64,000 nucleotides of DNA, from assembly GCF_035594765.1 (NCBI RefSeq), contig NC_085841.1, forward strand, positions 68,557,574 to 68,621,573. The letters run 5' to 3'. Made by a program: the position numbers and the translations under genes. This DNA is from Anolis carolinensis (taxonomy: Eukaryota). This document shows positions 26,375 through 38,255 of the stretch, piece by piece; the first letter of the stretch is position 1; the number at the start of each line of letters is the position of its first letter. The notes below the pieces were generated by a model that worked only from the letters and a program-made list of their open reading frames with translations, made no database searches and had not been told where the DNA came from.

Positions 26375-26972
26375 GGGCACTTCCAGGCAGGACCCAAAAT
26401 GCAGGGCTTGTCGGCCCCAAATGTGGGGCTCGTCTACCTCTCAGGTAAAAGCAAATAAATTTGAGACCTCCCAAATTAATTAGATACCCCATTGGATCCA
26501 GGCCTTCCTAAAATGCCTGGGTCTATTGGGGTATTGGACTGACCCCCGGGTAATCCTGGGACAACTTGAGGGCCAGTCCCCACAGCTATCCCACACTTTT
26601 GGGCTTCTGGATCCCAAAGGTGTGAGGATTGCACCTTCCGCCCAAAGCCCCTCCAAACTAGCCTTAAAATTACAACCCCCCCCCCCAAAAAAAACATCTT
26701 AACGGTCTGCCAGTAATTTGCTCCAGCAGTCCTCCTGGCATGTAGAAATGACGAGTCAGGAGACCGAGGGGGGGGGGGGGGAGTAGCAAAATTGCTTTTT
26801 AAATTTTTAAGGTAAGTTTAGGGGGATTCTCGGTGTCTAAATGTACTCCCAGTAGTTATCAGAAGGGTATCTAGACACCCCCTCCCCCGAGAAAACCTGG
26901 GTTTTGTGAGAGATGCGAGTACTAAAACCCATGCCGAAGCATTGTGGGTTTTTTCCCTGTGTGGAAGCACTC
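26375..26972. mobile_element. PIF/Harbinger-like non-autonomous element
   Basis: TGA|GGGCACTTCCAGGCAGG ... CCTGTGTGGAAGCACTC|TGA: imperfect TIRs with a 3-bp TNA duplication. Confidence 0.65.
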
Positions 26973-29384
26973 TGAGTCTCTGGTCAAAAGATAAGAGATT
27001 TCCATGATACCAGCATATTCCAAGTAGAGAATATCAACAGACATTTGCACAATTGGGCACTTGACCAATTAGATATTTCAACAAATTCCTACAATTAGCA
27101 TCATACAAAAAATTGCATGCTGGAAGAGACAAACTGCTGTAGAATGTTTTGCCCAAAGAAAACATCTTTTGGCAAAACATCTCAGGTATGTCAAAAGAAG
27201 TCAAAACAATTGGGATACAACTAGTAAAAATTACTAAGGGGTTTCTGTACATCCCTAAGTTGTCATTGTGCTACAACTGCATTATAACAAATATACAAAA
27301 TAAAGTCCATGAAATTGGAAGTAAAACATTGGAGAGATTCCGATAGAAACTGAACAGGTAACAGCCAAAATCTCTTTGGGAGGTCCCACACATCACTATA
27401 TAGGATCTCAACCCATGCAAATCTGAAAATTCAAGGCAAATCTAAAGGATCTTCCCCAACATTTTTGGAGGGAGTTTTTTAAAAATAAAATAAGTGAAAT
27501 TTCATGAGCAATCTGTCAGAGTAATTGCAGCGCAGCAGCACTGATGGAGTCAGTGGAATGCAGAATGAAGAGACACCCAGAGATGTTAGTAAAACTATAT
27601 ACAAAGTTTTACTATATGCAGTAATAAACAAGACAAACAGGCTTGCAGACAATAGACGAACACAGGACTTGACTCTACTCAACTCAGAACAGAACTGAAC
27701 TGATGTAATCAGTAATGCATACACACTTGTGTCTGGACACTCCCCAGTTCCAGCCACACATCAAGGTCAACACATCTTCTCAGCAATTAACTCTTTCCAG
27801 ACTATATTACACTCTGGATGATGCAATCAGTATGCAATACAGACAAGACACAAATTTCATTTAGACACTACCAATACACAAATCCCACATTAACACAATC
27901 AACTATAAAGCACTTTATGCCAAGTAAACATGCCCACAGAAGATTAACAATAGTTTACATTCCCTTTTCTTTTGATGGCATCACTTTAGACCTTTATGCT
28001 ACTATCAATCACCCATCGCAGGCATTCTTGATTTCTAGGCCAAATAGGGGAGATCTGCTTTAGAGAGGGATTATTCTGGAAACATGAAACAATCAAGCAG
28101 TGACAAAGCCACTGATGTTCAGGCACAGGGGTTATTGACAGATGTCTGTCCTATAAGTGCTTGAATAATCCTATAATCTATGAAAGGGGATTGAGGTCAT
28201 TGACTCTGATTTCCATCCTAGATGTCTTGACTTACGCCTTTCAATAACTGGCTATATCAGTGTGATACTGTTAGCTTTAGATTATGTTTTAACTGTAGTT
28301 CAAAAAAGAAGGCTTTTAAAAAGCTAGGCATTAGTCATGGGTCTCTCTAATACGTCTAGGCTAATACTCTTCTTAACACAGCGCTTTTCAAAAGACTGAG
28401 GTATCTTTCTACTGATGTTATGTGTCAGCACTAAAACGTGGGTTCAAATGAATGTGCTTTGGTCAGTTTGCATGTTTGTAGTTATGGGAGAAATTGATCG
28501 AGATATTGTGTATCGATACTATTTTGACTTATTGTAATGTTTAATATATCTTTTTGTTGCTTGGGTTAGTGTTTTAATATGGAAATTTAAAATGTTTTAA
28601 TGTCTACTGTTTTTATGATTATGTCTGACAGTTTGTAAGTTTTAATTGATATTAATTTAATTGTTATTTGTTTTGTTGTTTATATATGTAATGTAGTGTT
28701 TTCTATATGGATGTGAAGCATTGAATTTTTGCCATTATTATGTTGTATGCTGCTTTGAGTCCTTCCAGGGATGAGAAAAGCAGTATAGAAATACAATAAA
28801 CGAACAAACAAACAAAACTGTTGTAATTGCTTATTCTTTGCCTGGAAATACTACATTAATGGTGAGAAACAAATATTTTCATCACCATCATAATACATTT
28901 ACTTTGCTGGCCACATTCAATCAACAATGTACTGCAATGGCAAATATACATATTTTGTAGTTTAGGGGGAAAAACAATAGTAGATAAAATATGACTATGA
29001 TCCACAGAAAGCACATGCAGACCCCACTGAGTGGGTGGCCTTTTCTTGATTGTGTGCAGCTGTTTTCTGTTCAAAATCTGCATACTTCTTTGCTTATTTG
29101 AATGTGTTGCTAAATGCTGACTCCAATAAATGACATTAACTTTTCATTAGGACTGCCAACTGATTAAAAAAGAATTTTGCTTGATTAAATCATGTGCTGT
29201 TCAACAATTAATTGATTAATTAATTGATTCAATTTAAATTGGAATGCCTGCATTACAAAAGGGAACAGACTGCTTGTAGCTGTTATCTGGAGACACTTTA
29301 GGTAGAGATTAGCTAACCACTCAAATTTCAGTTGCAGGACAAACTTGAACACTTTTTTATTTTTGGAGCATACAATGTATCTCT

Positions 29385-30140
29385 GGATCTACACTGCCCT
29401 ATATCCCAGGATCTGATCCCATATTATCTGCTTTGAAATGGATTATATGGTCCCTCTGACTCTGCCATATAATCCAGATGATCAGATCAGATAATCCACA
29501 TTTTCCACTTTGAACTGGATTGTATGAGTCTATACTGCCATATAATCCAGTTCAAAGCAGATAATCTAGATCATAGAATCATAGAATAGTAGAGTTGGAA
29601 GAGACCTCATGGGCCATCCAGTCCAACCCCCTGCCAAGAAACAGGAAATCTCATTCAAAGCACCCCCAATGTATGGCCATCCAGCCTCTGCTTAAAAGCC
29701 TCCAAAGAAGGAGCCTCCAGTACAGTCCGGGACAGAGAGTTCCACTGCCGAACAGCCCTCACAGTGAGGAAGTTCTTCCTGATGTTCAGGTGGAATCTCC
29801 TTTCCTGTAGTTTGAAGCCATTGTTCCGCGTCCTAGTCTGCAGGGCATCAGAAAACAAGCTTGCTCCCTCCTCCCTATGACTTCCCTTCACGTATTTGTA
29901 CATAGCTATCATGTCTCCTCTCAGCCTTCTCTTTTGCAGGCTAAACATGCCCAGTTCTTTAAGCCGCTCCTCATAGGGCTTGTTCTCCAGATCCTTAATC
30001 ATTTTAGTTGCCCTCAATCATTTTAGTTGCCCTTTATATGACAGTGGAGAAGCGGCCTATGTCTCTACACTGCCAGATAATCTGGGATAAACAAATAATC
30101 TGGGATCAAATCCTGGGATATAAGGCAATATAGATCCATC
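29385..30140. mobile_element. Composite Harbinger-like MITE(s) interrupted by CR1
   Basis: GGATCTACACTGCCCTATATCCCAGGATCTGATCCCA ... TGGGATCAAATCCTGGGATATAAGGCAATATAGATCC. Confidence 0.7.
29571..30033 (-). mobile_element. CR1 LINE, 5'-truncated 3' end
   Basis: [36 protein letters not shown]...; (ATTCTATG)n tail. Near-identical to 59605-60050. Confidence 0.95.
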
Positions 30141-30624
30141 TTACCACATGCCAGCAGGGAAAACACCCAATCACAAGGCATATGATTTCTATATGTAAAA
30201 TTCCAGATTCAATGCCTTACAAATCTGTAAGGGAGACAACATGTTAGAACAATTTGAGGGATGGACTAGATAGAACCTGGGAGTGGGTTCAAGTCCCTAC
30301 TTCTCAATGACTGGATGACCTGGGGCAAATCACACTCAGCCTCAACTACTTCACAACATTGCTGTGAAGATAAAGTAGGGATAATAGCCATATACACTGC
30401 ATTGGAACACAGAAAACTGATTTACACTGAATGAGATCACAGGTCCAGCAACCCCAGTATAGTTGACTCAAGACCCTTCTACACAGACCCTAAAATCTAA
30501 GAGAAACCTCTGGCCATTGACCATGCTGCCTAATATTCTGGCTAGCAATAGCATTCTTGTGTGCAAGGCACAGAATTTTCACAGCCTTTTAATTCACATA
30601 ATAATCTTCAAAGGGGATATATCA

Positions 30625-30775
30625 CTGTAATTGATCTTGTCTGATAATTTAGAAACTAAGCAGAATGAGACCTGGTAAATATTTGGATGGCAGATCACCA
30701 GCAAATATCAGGTAAGTTTCAGGTAAGAAGACAAGGAAAGGATTCTACCTGAAACCTCAGAGAGCAAATGCAAGT
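30625..30775 (+). mobile_element. Degenerate 5S rRNA-derived SINE
   Basis: GATCTTGTCTGAT..AGAAACTAAGCAGAATGAGACCTGGTAAATATTTGGATGG resembles the 5S internal control region. Confidence 0.55.
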
Positions 30776-31007
30776 CTGAGGGCACTTCCAGACAGCCTCA
30801 TAATGTGGGTTTTAAAAATGCGGTACCTGAAAACAAATTTAAACACAAAGCTGTCAGTCCCGTCAAATTGTCCCCCAGCATCCTGAAAGGTTTGCCTGTA
30901 GTGGATATTAGAAATCTGCAAAATGGATGCCAGACATTAAAATTAAAAGTTTTATTTTAATTTTAGTTGACTCTCTGAGATGTACTGGACCTCATTAGTA
31001 CTGATGA

Positions 31008-31497
31008 GCCGGGCTGTGGCGCAGGCTGGTTAGTAGCCAGCTGCAATAAATCACTGTGACCAAGAGGTCATGAGTTTGAGGCCAGCCCATGTTGTAGTGA
31101 GCACCCAACAATTAAAATAAAAAATAGCCCTGCTCGTTGTTGACCTAAGCAACCCGAAAGACAGTTGCATCTGTCAAGTAGGAAAATTTAGGAACCGCTT
31201 ATGCGGGGAGGCTAATTTAACTGATTTACAACACTGGATGAGGAAGTACTCCATCAAAAAGAACTCGTCGTCATAGTGGATGATGAAGCAGCAGCTCCTC
31301 CTGTAGCCGGAATCGAGCATACCCTCACAAAGCCAGAAGCTGGGAAGTTAAATAACCTCTGTGTCTGTCTATCTCTGTGTTGTTTGTCTAATGGCATTGA
31401 ATGTTTGCCATATATATGTACATTGTGATCCGCCCTGACTCCCCTTCGGGGTGAGAAGGGCAGAATATAAATACTGTAAATAAATAAATACATAAAT
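31008..31497 (+). mobile_element. tRNA-derived SINE with L2-type tail (Anolis SINE2-like), full length
   Basis: A-box TGGCGCAGGCTGG, B-box-like GAGTTTGAGGCC, 3' end CCGCCCTGACTCCCCTTCGGGGTGAGAAGGGC...(TAAA)n. Confidence 0.85.
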
Positions 31498-31856
31498 GAT
31501 GTGGATATCTGAATGTACGTACAAGCAGATTTCTTGTTATAATCTCTCCTCCTCCTGCTGCTGTCTTTACGTTCACCCTCTTAAACCCCACTTCCCTTTG
31601 GGGTCACTTGTCTGCCATGCTGGTGTCTACTGTGTAAATTCAAGCTCTGCATCAGAACAAAGTAATGGTTGCCGAGAGTTCTAATGGGAATTGTTTTCCA
31701 TTTGTGCTTCTATTTAGCCACATGTATGTCTGTGGTTCCATCTGTTTAGAGCCCTCATCAGCTATTTTAGAATTTTAAAATGTGCACATGCATGGGAGCA
31801 GTCCACACCAGTATATTGCAATGAAGTCCCATGTTTTTTGTGAGAGCAGAGATATA

Positions 31857-31965
31857 GTAAAGATAAAGGTAAAGGTTTATCCTGACATTAAGTCTAGTAG
31901 TGTCTGACTCTGGGAATTGGTGCTCATCTCCATTTCTAAACCGAAGAGGCAGTGTTGTCCGTTGT
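31857..31965 (-). mobile_element. Sauria SINE 3' fragment
   Basis: (AAAGGT)n then CCTGACATTAAGTCTAGT..TCTGACTCTGGG..TTGGTGCTCATCTCCATTTCTAA. Confidence 0.8.
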
Positions 31966-33223
31966 ATATGAACAATATCTGGGGACACAAGTTTGGAAAC
32001 CATTGCAATAAATAGATTCACACAGACACACCTTCTGATCCATAGAGTGACTGTTCTGAATGAAAGGGTTACTACTTTGCCTTTTGTTTGTTTTTGTCTG
32101 CTTTCTTTTTCATCAGCCTCCAACCAGATCAGCATGATCTCTCAGTTTGAACAGATAAGTGTGGGGCAGAAATGACTGGCAAAGTAAGGCAGCTGTTTTA
32201 TATAGAAAAGATTAATATCATTGCATAGGGGGTGAAGATTCATAGGCTTGTATTTTGCAAGCAAGCAACTGCCTCAAATTAGAATAGATGCTGTAGTTAA
32301 GCAGATTAAAATTTAAACAGGAACACACAGCATTATTAAAATCAGTATGCCTCAAATGTTTCTGCCAGCCACTGTTGTTATGTCTCTCACTTGATTTACA
32401 ATTTAAATGGTTAATTTTACAACCCAAGAGTGGTCTCTAAAACAATGCAAAGATTTTACTAGTAGTATAAACTGTTCTAATATTAGTATAATAAAATATT
32501 TTACTTGCAAATCAACTTCTAAATGTTTTCCTAAAGCAAACAGTGTAATGTAGCTGCAAATTTGATTGCAACTTCAACCAACATTTCTGCAGATAATCAT
32601 GCCCAGTTCAGTGTGCTACTGAAATCTATTCCAGAGAAGAGTAGATTGTTAATAAATGCAACCAATCAGATTCACAGAAACCATTTCCAATCAGAATTTT
32701 GTGGCTGAAGTTTCCTACATCTGTAGACATTTGTTTTAAAATAGAATTGATTTAATGGGTGTTCTTTCTTCCTTTATTTGACCCAAACTAGGTCTCAAGG
32801 CAGTTTACATGACATTATAAACAGGTGTGTGTTAAAAACACAAAAGTTATATTAAAAATAATTTTAAAAATTGTAATATTTAAATGCTATTGAATTAAAT
32901 GTCTGCCTTTAAAGAACCATGAAAACAAATCTGCTTATTATAGAATATGCCCATGAAAATGCACATGCATTTCCCAATGGGAAAGGGGGGGGGGGGACAC
33001 AAGCTTCACAGCCTTTCATGATCAAAAGTTTGGATGCGAATGCAGGTGGAATGTGGAGATGTGTAATAAAAGCAAGCCTTGGAGTTTTTCAGATCCTCAT
33101 CTTTCTACAGTGCCTAGGAAACCGTTTAGTCAGGCCTCTTCTACTCAGCTATATAAAATCCCAATTATCTGCTTTGATAATCTGAATTATTTGGCAAATG
33201 ATAAATATGTTGACTAATGACTA

Positions 33224-33770
33224 TGGCCCTTTCTACACTGCCAAATAATCCAGATTTTCAAAGCAGATAATCCACATTATCTGTCTTGAACTGGATTATA
33301 TGAATCTACACTGCCATATAATCCAGTTCAAAGACAATAATCTGAATTTTATCTAGCAGTGTAGAAGGGGCCACTGGTGATATGTAATAACACTCTGGCC
33401 ACTCCTACACCGTCCTTATATCCCAGGACATGATCCCAGATTATCTACTTATCTCAGATTACATAACATTGGAGATTCATACAACCCAGTTCAACACAGA
33501 TAACCTGGGATTAGATCCTGGGATATAAGGACAGTGTACATGGGACCTCAGAGGGTTCATATGTACTATAAAATTAATGCAGTTTGACAGCACTTCATAT
33601 GAAATGGCTAAATGCTATGGAATTCTGGGTCTGTAGTTTTACACTGTCTTTTGCTTTCTCTCCCAAAGAGTGCTGTGCCTCGCCAAACTACAAATCCCAT
33701 GATTCCTTAGCATTACATCCTAACAGTTAAAGTGGTGTTAAACTTCATTAATTCTATAGTACAAATGCAG
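33224..33770. mobile_element. Cluster of three adjacent palindromic MITEs (~33224-33373, ~33396-33548, ~33553-33770)
   Basis: Each has inverted ends, e.g. TGGCCCTTTCTACACTG / CAGTGTAGAAGGGGCCA. Confidence 0.75.
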
Positions 33771-35830
33771 AGACATAACCACTTAAACCTCCACCATTTA
33801 AAAGTATTTAATTACACAATCAATACTTCCATATAACTGCCTTGAGGACCCCAAGGCTTATTTTAACTTTTAAACCCCCTGAGTCCCCTTGGATCATCCA
33901 ATGACCTTATCACACACACACACACCCCAGGGCAGAAGTGTGCTGGCTCCATGTTGAGGAGGAAGTGTCCTAGGATGCTTGCCTGTTAGTTGCGGGTGAG
34001 GCCTCCACCGGAAACTCAAGGATGTCATATGATGGACTGTATGCCCATCCATCCCTCAACTGGGGCAGAAAATTCCTCATATGATGAGGTGCCTGCCTAC
34101 ACTAAAAAATAAACCCACAAGAACTGATGTTTCAATTTCTAGAAAGTTCCAAGAGTTTATGAGTAGGGTGCAACATTTTACTCTCTTGAAAGAAGTGGGA
34201 TAAAACATTTTAAAAATCAACATTTTCATGCCTGGCATTGCTCACAGTAACTGAAAAAATGCTGAAAATGGGGTTCTAAAGCATTAAAATTTGTCCATTT
34301 CCATAAAAGCTGCTGTCTCTGTGGTCCCTCTCCTATGCAGTACATCATTAAACCGAGCTGTGAACATGCTACTGTCTCTTACCACCAATCATGTTAGGGT
34401 ATTTATGTTCCCTGGAGATAGCATAGTAGTTATTTCACATACTTTTCATAGAATCATAGAAAAATAGAGTTGGAAGAGACCACATGAACCATCTAGTCTA
34501 ACCCCTTGTCATGCAGAAAGAGCACAAAGTACTTCTGATTACTGTGGCTTCTGGTTAGATAAACTAAAGCTTGGCAAGTTATGTTTCAACCCTACTCTGC
34601 CCATATGAGACATTCTAATATACCAGAGTTGAATTCTGTAAAGAATTTCACATTTTACAACATTGGCACATAAAGAGGTATCAGTCTCTCTTCAACAATG
34701 TCCCTGATATTCAGCTTCATGCTATACAGCTTTGTTTTGCTGTTTGCTGGTGTTCTTTGGTGTCATGAAGTTGACCCCCAACTTAATGGTGATGCCCTCA
34801 TTGGCTTTTCTTGGCAAGATTTATTGAGATAATGTTTGCCTTTGCCTCCTCTTTATGCTGACAGAATGTGATTCGCCCTAATGGGCTCTCAGCATCCTCT
34901 GATTCTGGCTCTCTCGGTTCACACCCAAAATTATCCCAACAATTCTGCAGCATTTTTGCTGGTTTACACTCTTTACAGAATTGGAACAGTTTCTCAAAAC
35001 AAACATTCCATTTGATGTGAATCCATGTTTTCTGTATGTGGGGATATGGCTAACAAGATAATGAGCAAAACAATAATCCACTATTACAATAATAAAGTGA
35101 TCACAAACATATACTTGTTCCCACAACTTATAAATGATGCAACAGTCATTGATATACAATGAAACATAAATTTGTTATATTCACAATGCTAATTGCTATT
35201 TCTTCCTTGTTGGAGAGAATTTCCAACAAAAGTGTCTTTAAACAGATTTCCTCTTTAAAGTAATAGTGTCTTTTTCTTTCTTGTAAAAGGAAATTTCCAA
35301 GAAAAGTTTGTATACACAGACTTTCCTCTATGCTTCCTTATGGAGAGCTTCCTCTTCCTTGTAGGGAACTTCCACAACCTGTTTTGACCTTAACAAAGTC
35401 TTCTTCAGGTGGAAAAGTTCTAATTTTACAAAATAAAGAGGGCCTAAAGGGAATGAACAAGAGTAGTTTCTTAATAGCACAAAACCCACATACCTCAGAC
35501 CCACATATCTCAAACATGCAACTTGCAAAGACAAAATTACTCACACCAAGTTCTCCTACATGATACTTTGTTCAGTTTGATTCCATAGTAAACACAAAAC
35601 TGTGAGACTGACTCTACTATTTAATATAGTAACACTTAAAGAGGCCAGGTGATGAAAAATGTAGTGTTGTAATTGTTGTTCTAAGATCACATTTAAAGAC
35701 CATACTCTTTAAATGTAAATGTAACTCATTGCACCTATAAAGTAACTCGGTTCTCCTTTGCAACATAACTTTTGGTGAAATATAATTTAATTGAAACAGA
35801 ATCCAGACAAAACAAGTGCTTGCCATATAG

Positions 35831-36697
35831 TGTGATGACTCATGGGCCTTGTAGTCCTGTTCCTAGTACTATTGTGGCAGACGAAGAGGAAAACATGGGG
35901 TTTTCGCCGGTTCAGCAAGAGCCGGAGTCTCTTCACCTGCAGGATGTTGATGTTTGTCCTCAAGAATTCAGCCAAACAGGCCTTGGGCAGAACTCCCCCC
36001 CGTTTCCCAGAAAAGAATCTTATTCCAGAGAAAGGGGAATCAGAGAAGCTCAACGGAGGAGTTTACGCATTGCTGCCAGAAATCAAGCTGATTAGGCTTG
36101 CTTCCCTTGGGAAATTCTAAGGAGTCACACATCTGGACAGAGTTGGGTTTCGCTTCTCGTTCTCTAGGGAAAGAGTTCTGTTGGCGGGAAAACGAGACCC
36201 AATATAGGTGGTTGGCGCGAGGAATTCTTTGCGGAGTCAATTGATCAGCTTCAGGAGAGAGATCGTGTGTGGACTTCGTATCCCAGTTCCTTGCTTCTCG
36301 GATCAAGTTTTCAAGCCTTGCCTAGCCTTGCAGTTTTACCACGGACCCTGCTCCACGCTCATGTTTTGCCTTTGTTTCCAGTTATGAATCTAGCCAAGAA
36401 TCAAGTTTAATTCCAGCCTTGTTGTCAAGCTTCATTGAACTCTAGGACTCTGCTAATTCCCCACACTATTGCTTGGCAAAGTGTGTGTCTCAGTCAAGTG
36501 GATTAAAACTTTGAACTCTAATATCTTATATTGGACAATACATTTTTGGACTATATTTGACCTCCTTTGAAAGGTCTGCTTCTGAACTATATTCTTCACT
36601 TGTTTTTATTGCTTTTATATATTTCTTTAATAAAGATATTAGATAGAGATTGGCCTCTGCGTATGGTTATTGGTGCTCTGCTGCCAGGGTTCTGACA
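35831..36697 (+). mobile_element. Solo LTR, Ty3/Gypsy-like (copy 1)
   Basis: TGTGA...TGACA termini; 5-bp TSD TATAG/AATAG (1 mismatch); TATA-like AATATAGG near 36200; AATAAA at 36629-36634. Homologous to 37309-38255 and 53890-54754. Confidence 0.9.
35832..36095 (+). CDS. Conserved LTR (U3)-encoded ORF, copy 1 (VMTHGPCSP...SPPF...RRSLRIAARNQAD)
   Basis: Open from LTR base 2, ATG at 35835. Protein motifs are conserved across three diverged LTRs through synonymous changes. Translation not demonstrated. Confidence 0.6.
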   Translation: MMTHGPCSPVPSTIVADEEENMGFSPVQQEPESLHLQDVDVCPQEFSQTGLGQNSPPFPRKESYSRERGIREAQRRSLRIAARNQAD

Positions 36698-36704
36698 AAT
36701 AGGG

Positions 36705-36916
36705 TCCTAATCTGGGGATGGAGGTGTGTCAATCAGTTTTGCACAGGGTTACACACCCCCTCAAAGACTGTGTTCACAGTTTGGGAGTGCTATTGGATCC
36801 GTCTCTCCAAATGTCAGCCCAGGTAGATGCAATAGTCAGTAGTGTTTACTATCAACTTTGGTTGACCCGTCAGCTGGGCCCCTTCCTAGATTTGAAGGAC
36901 TTTAAGATAGTAGTGT

Positions 36917-36917
<1 letters not shown>
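36705..36917 (+). mobile_element. L2 ORF2 fragment
   Basis: HPLKDCVHSLGVLLDPSLQMSAQVDA..YYQLWLTRQLGPFL is homologous to the post-RT region of the L2 at 39953-42412. Followed by (TAA)n and an L2-type tail with (TTA)n up to ~37061. Confidence 0.8.
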
Positions 36918-36948
<31 letters not shown>

Positions 36949-37010
36949 TTTAGATGAATGTGTGTTTTAGCAATGTTGTAACTTGCCACGAGCCATGAGA
37001 AGAGGCGGGC

Positions 37011-37065
<55 letters not shown>

Positions 37066-37308
37066 ATACAAAAAAAGTAGCTTGTTTCAGGTAAGTACAC
37101 TGCTGATCATGCTAAGAAATAAATGCCCCTGAGAAATAAATTCCCATTCAGTGAGTTGGATCCAAAGCTAGGTCCATACAACTAGGTGGGAAACATCGTA
37201 TATTTTCAGCAGCCTGAAGAGACTCCTCCCATTGACAGTCTTTCCAGCCTATTGTAAACAATTCATAGATGTTTGGGTGACTGAGATGAATGGATTGAGC
37301 AAGTTGGT

Positions 37309-38255
37309 TGTGATGACTCATGGGCCATGTAGTCCCGTTCCTAACGCTGTTGTGACAGAGGAAGAGGAAAACTTGGGTTTTCCACCATTTCAGCCAGAAT
37401 TGGAACTTTCCCAGCCTGAATTGGAGCCCTTGCACCTGCAAGAGGTTTGCCTTCCAGAAATCTGCCAAACAAGCCCTGAGTCAGAATCTCCCCCATTTTC
37501 TCGCCGTAGTTATTATCAACAACAAAAAGGAGTTCAGCAGGCTAATCGCAGAAGCCTGAGAATCGCAGCCAGGCATTCAGCTGATTAAGACTGCTTCCAT
37601 GAGAAATTCTAGGGAGTCATGCATCTGGACACAGAGATTGACTTTCGGTTCTGATTCCCCAGAGAAGTGTTCTTTGGTGGGAAAACGAGACCCTATTTAG
37701 GTTCCTTGCCCCGAAGGAATCTTGCGGAGTCAATTCGTCAGCTACTGGAGTAGGCTGTGTGTGGACAGCGCTATTCCCGTTTCCAAGCCTCGTTCCTGTT
37801 TCCAAGCCTTCGTTCACGTTTCCAGCCTTGTTTCTGCTTCACGGACCTTGCCTTGTTTCCTAGGACTCAGCCTTGCCTTCCAGGACCTTGCCTTGCTTCC
37901 CGGACCTTGCCAAGTAATTTACCACGGATCTTGTCCCTGTTCCTCGTTCCTTGTTGCCTTGAATCAAGTTATTTCCTTGCCTTGCCTAAGTTTCATGGAC
38001 TAAAGGACCTTGTCATCTCCCCTCACTTTGCCTGGCAAAGTGAGTGTTTCGGTTACTGGATTACAACTTTGGACCTTACTATTTCATATTGGACATTGTT
38101 TTCCTGGACTATATTTGACCTTTCCTGAAAGGACATCTTCTGAACTATATTCTACACTTATTTTTATTGCCTTTACTTATTTCCTTAATAAAGATATTAG
38201 ATAGATTCTGGCCTCTGTGTATGGTTATTGGTGCTCTGCAGCCTGGGTCGTGACA
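37309..38255 (+). mobile_element. Solo LTR, Ty3/Gypsy-like (copy 2)
   Basis: TGTGA...TGACA termini, perfect 5-bp TSD TTGGT, AATAAA near 38187. Confidence 0.93.
37310..37588 (+). CDS. Conserved LTR-encoded ORF, copy 2
   Basis: VMTHGPCSPVP...SPPFSRR...RRSLRIAARHSAD*. Contains an in-frame 21-bp tandem duplication (QPELELS/QPELEPL). Confidence 0.6.
   Translation: MMTHGPCSPVPNAVVTEEEENLGFPPFQPELELSQPELEPLHLQEVCLPEICQTSPESESPPFSRRSYYQQQKGVQQANRRSLRIAARHSAD

Noticed and set aside
27514-28140. Possible old solo LTR (TGTCA...TGACA)
   Set aside because: Flanks (CAATC / GATGT) do not form a TSD and the boundaries are unsupported.
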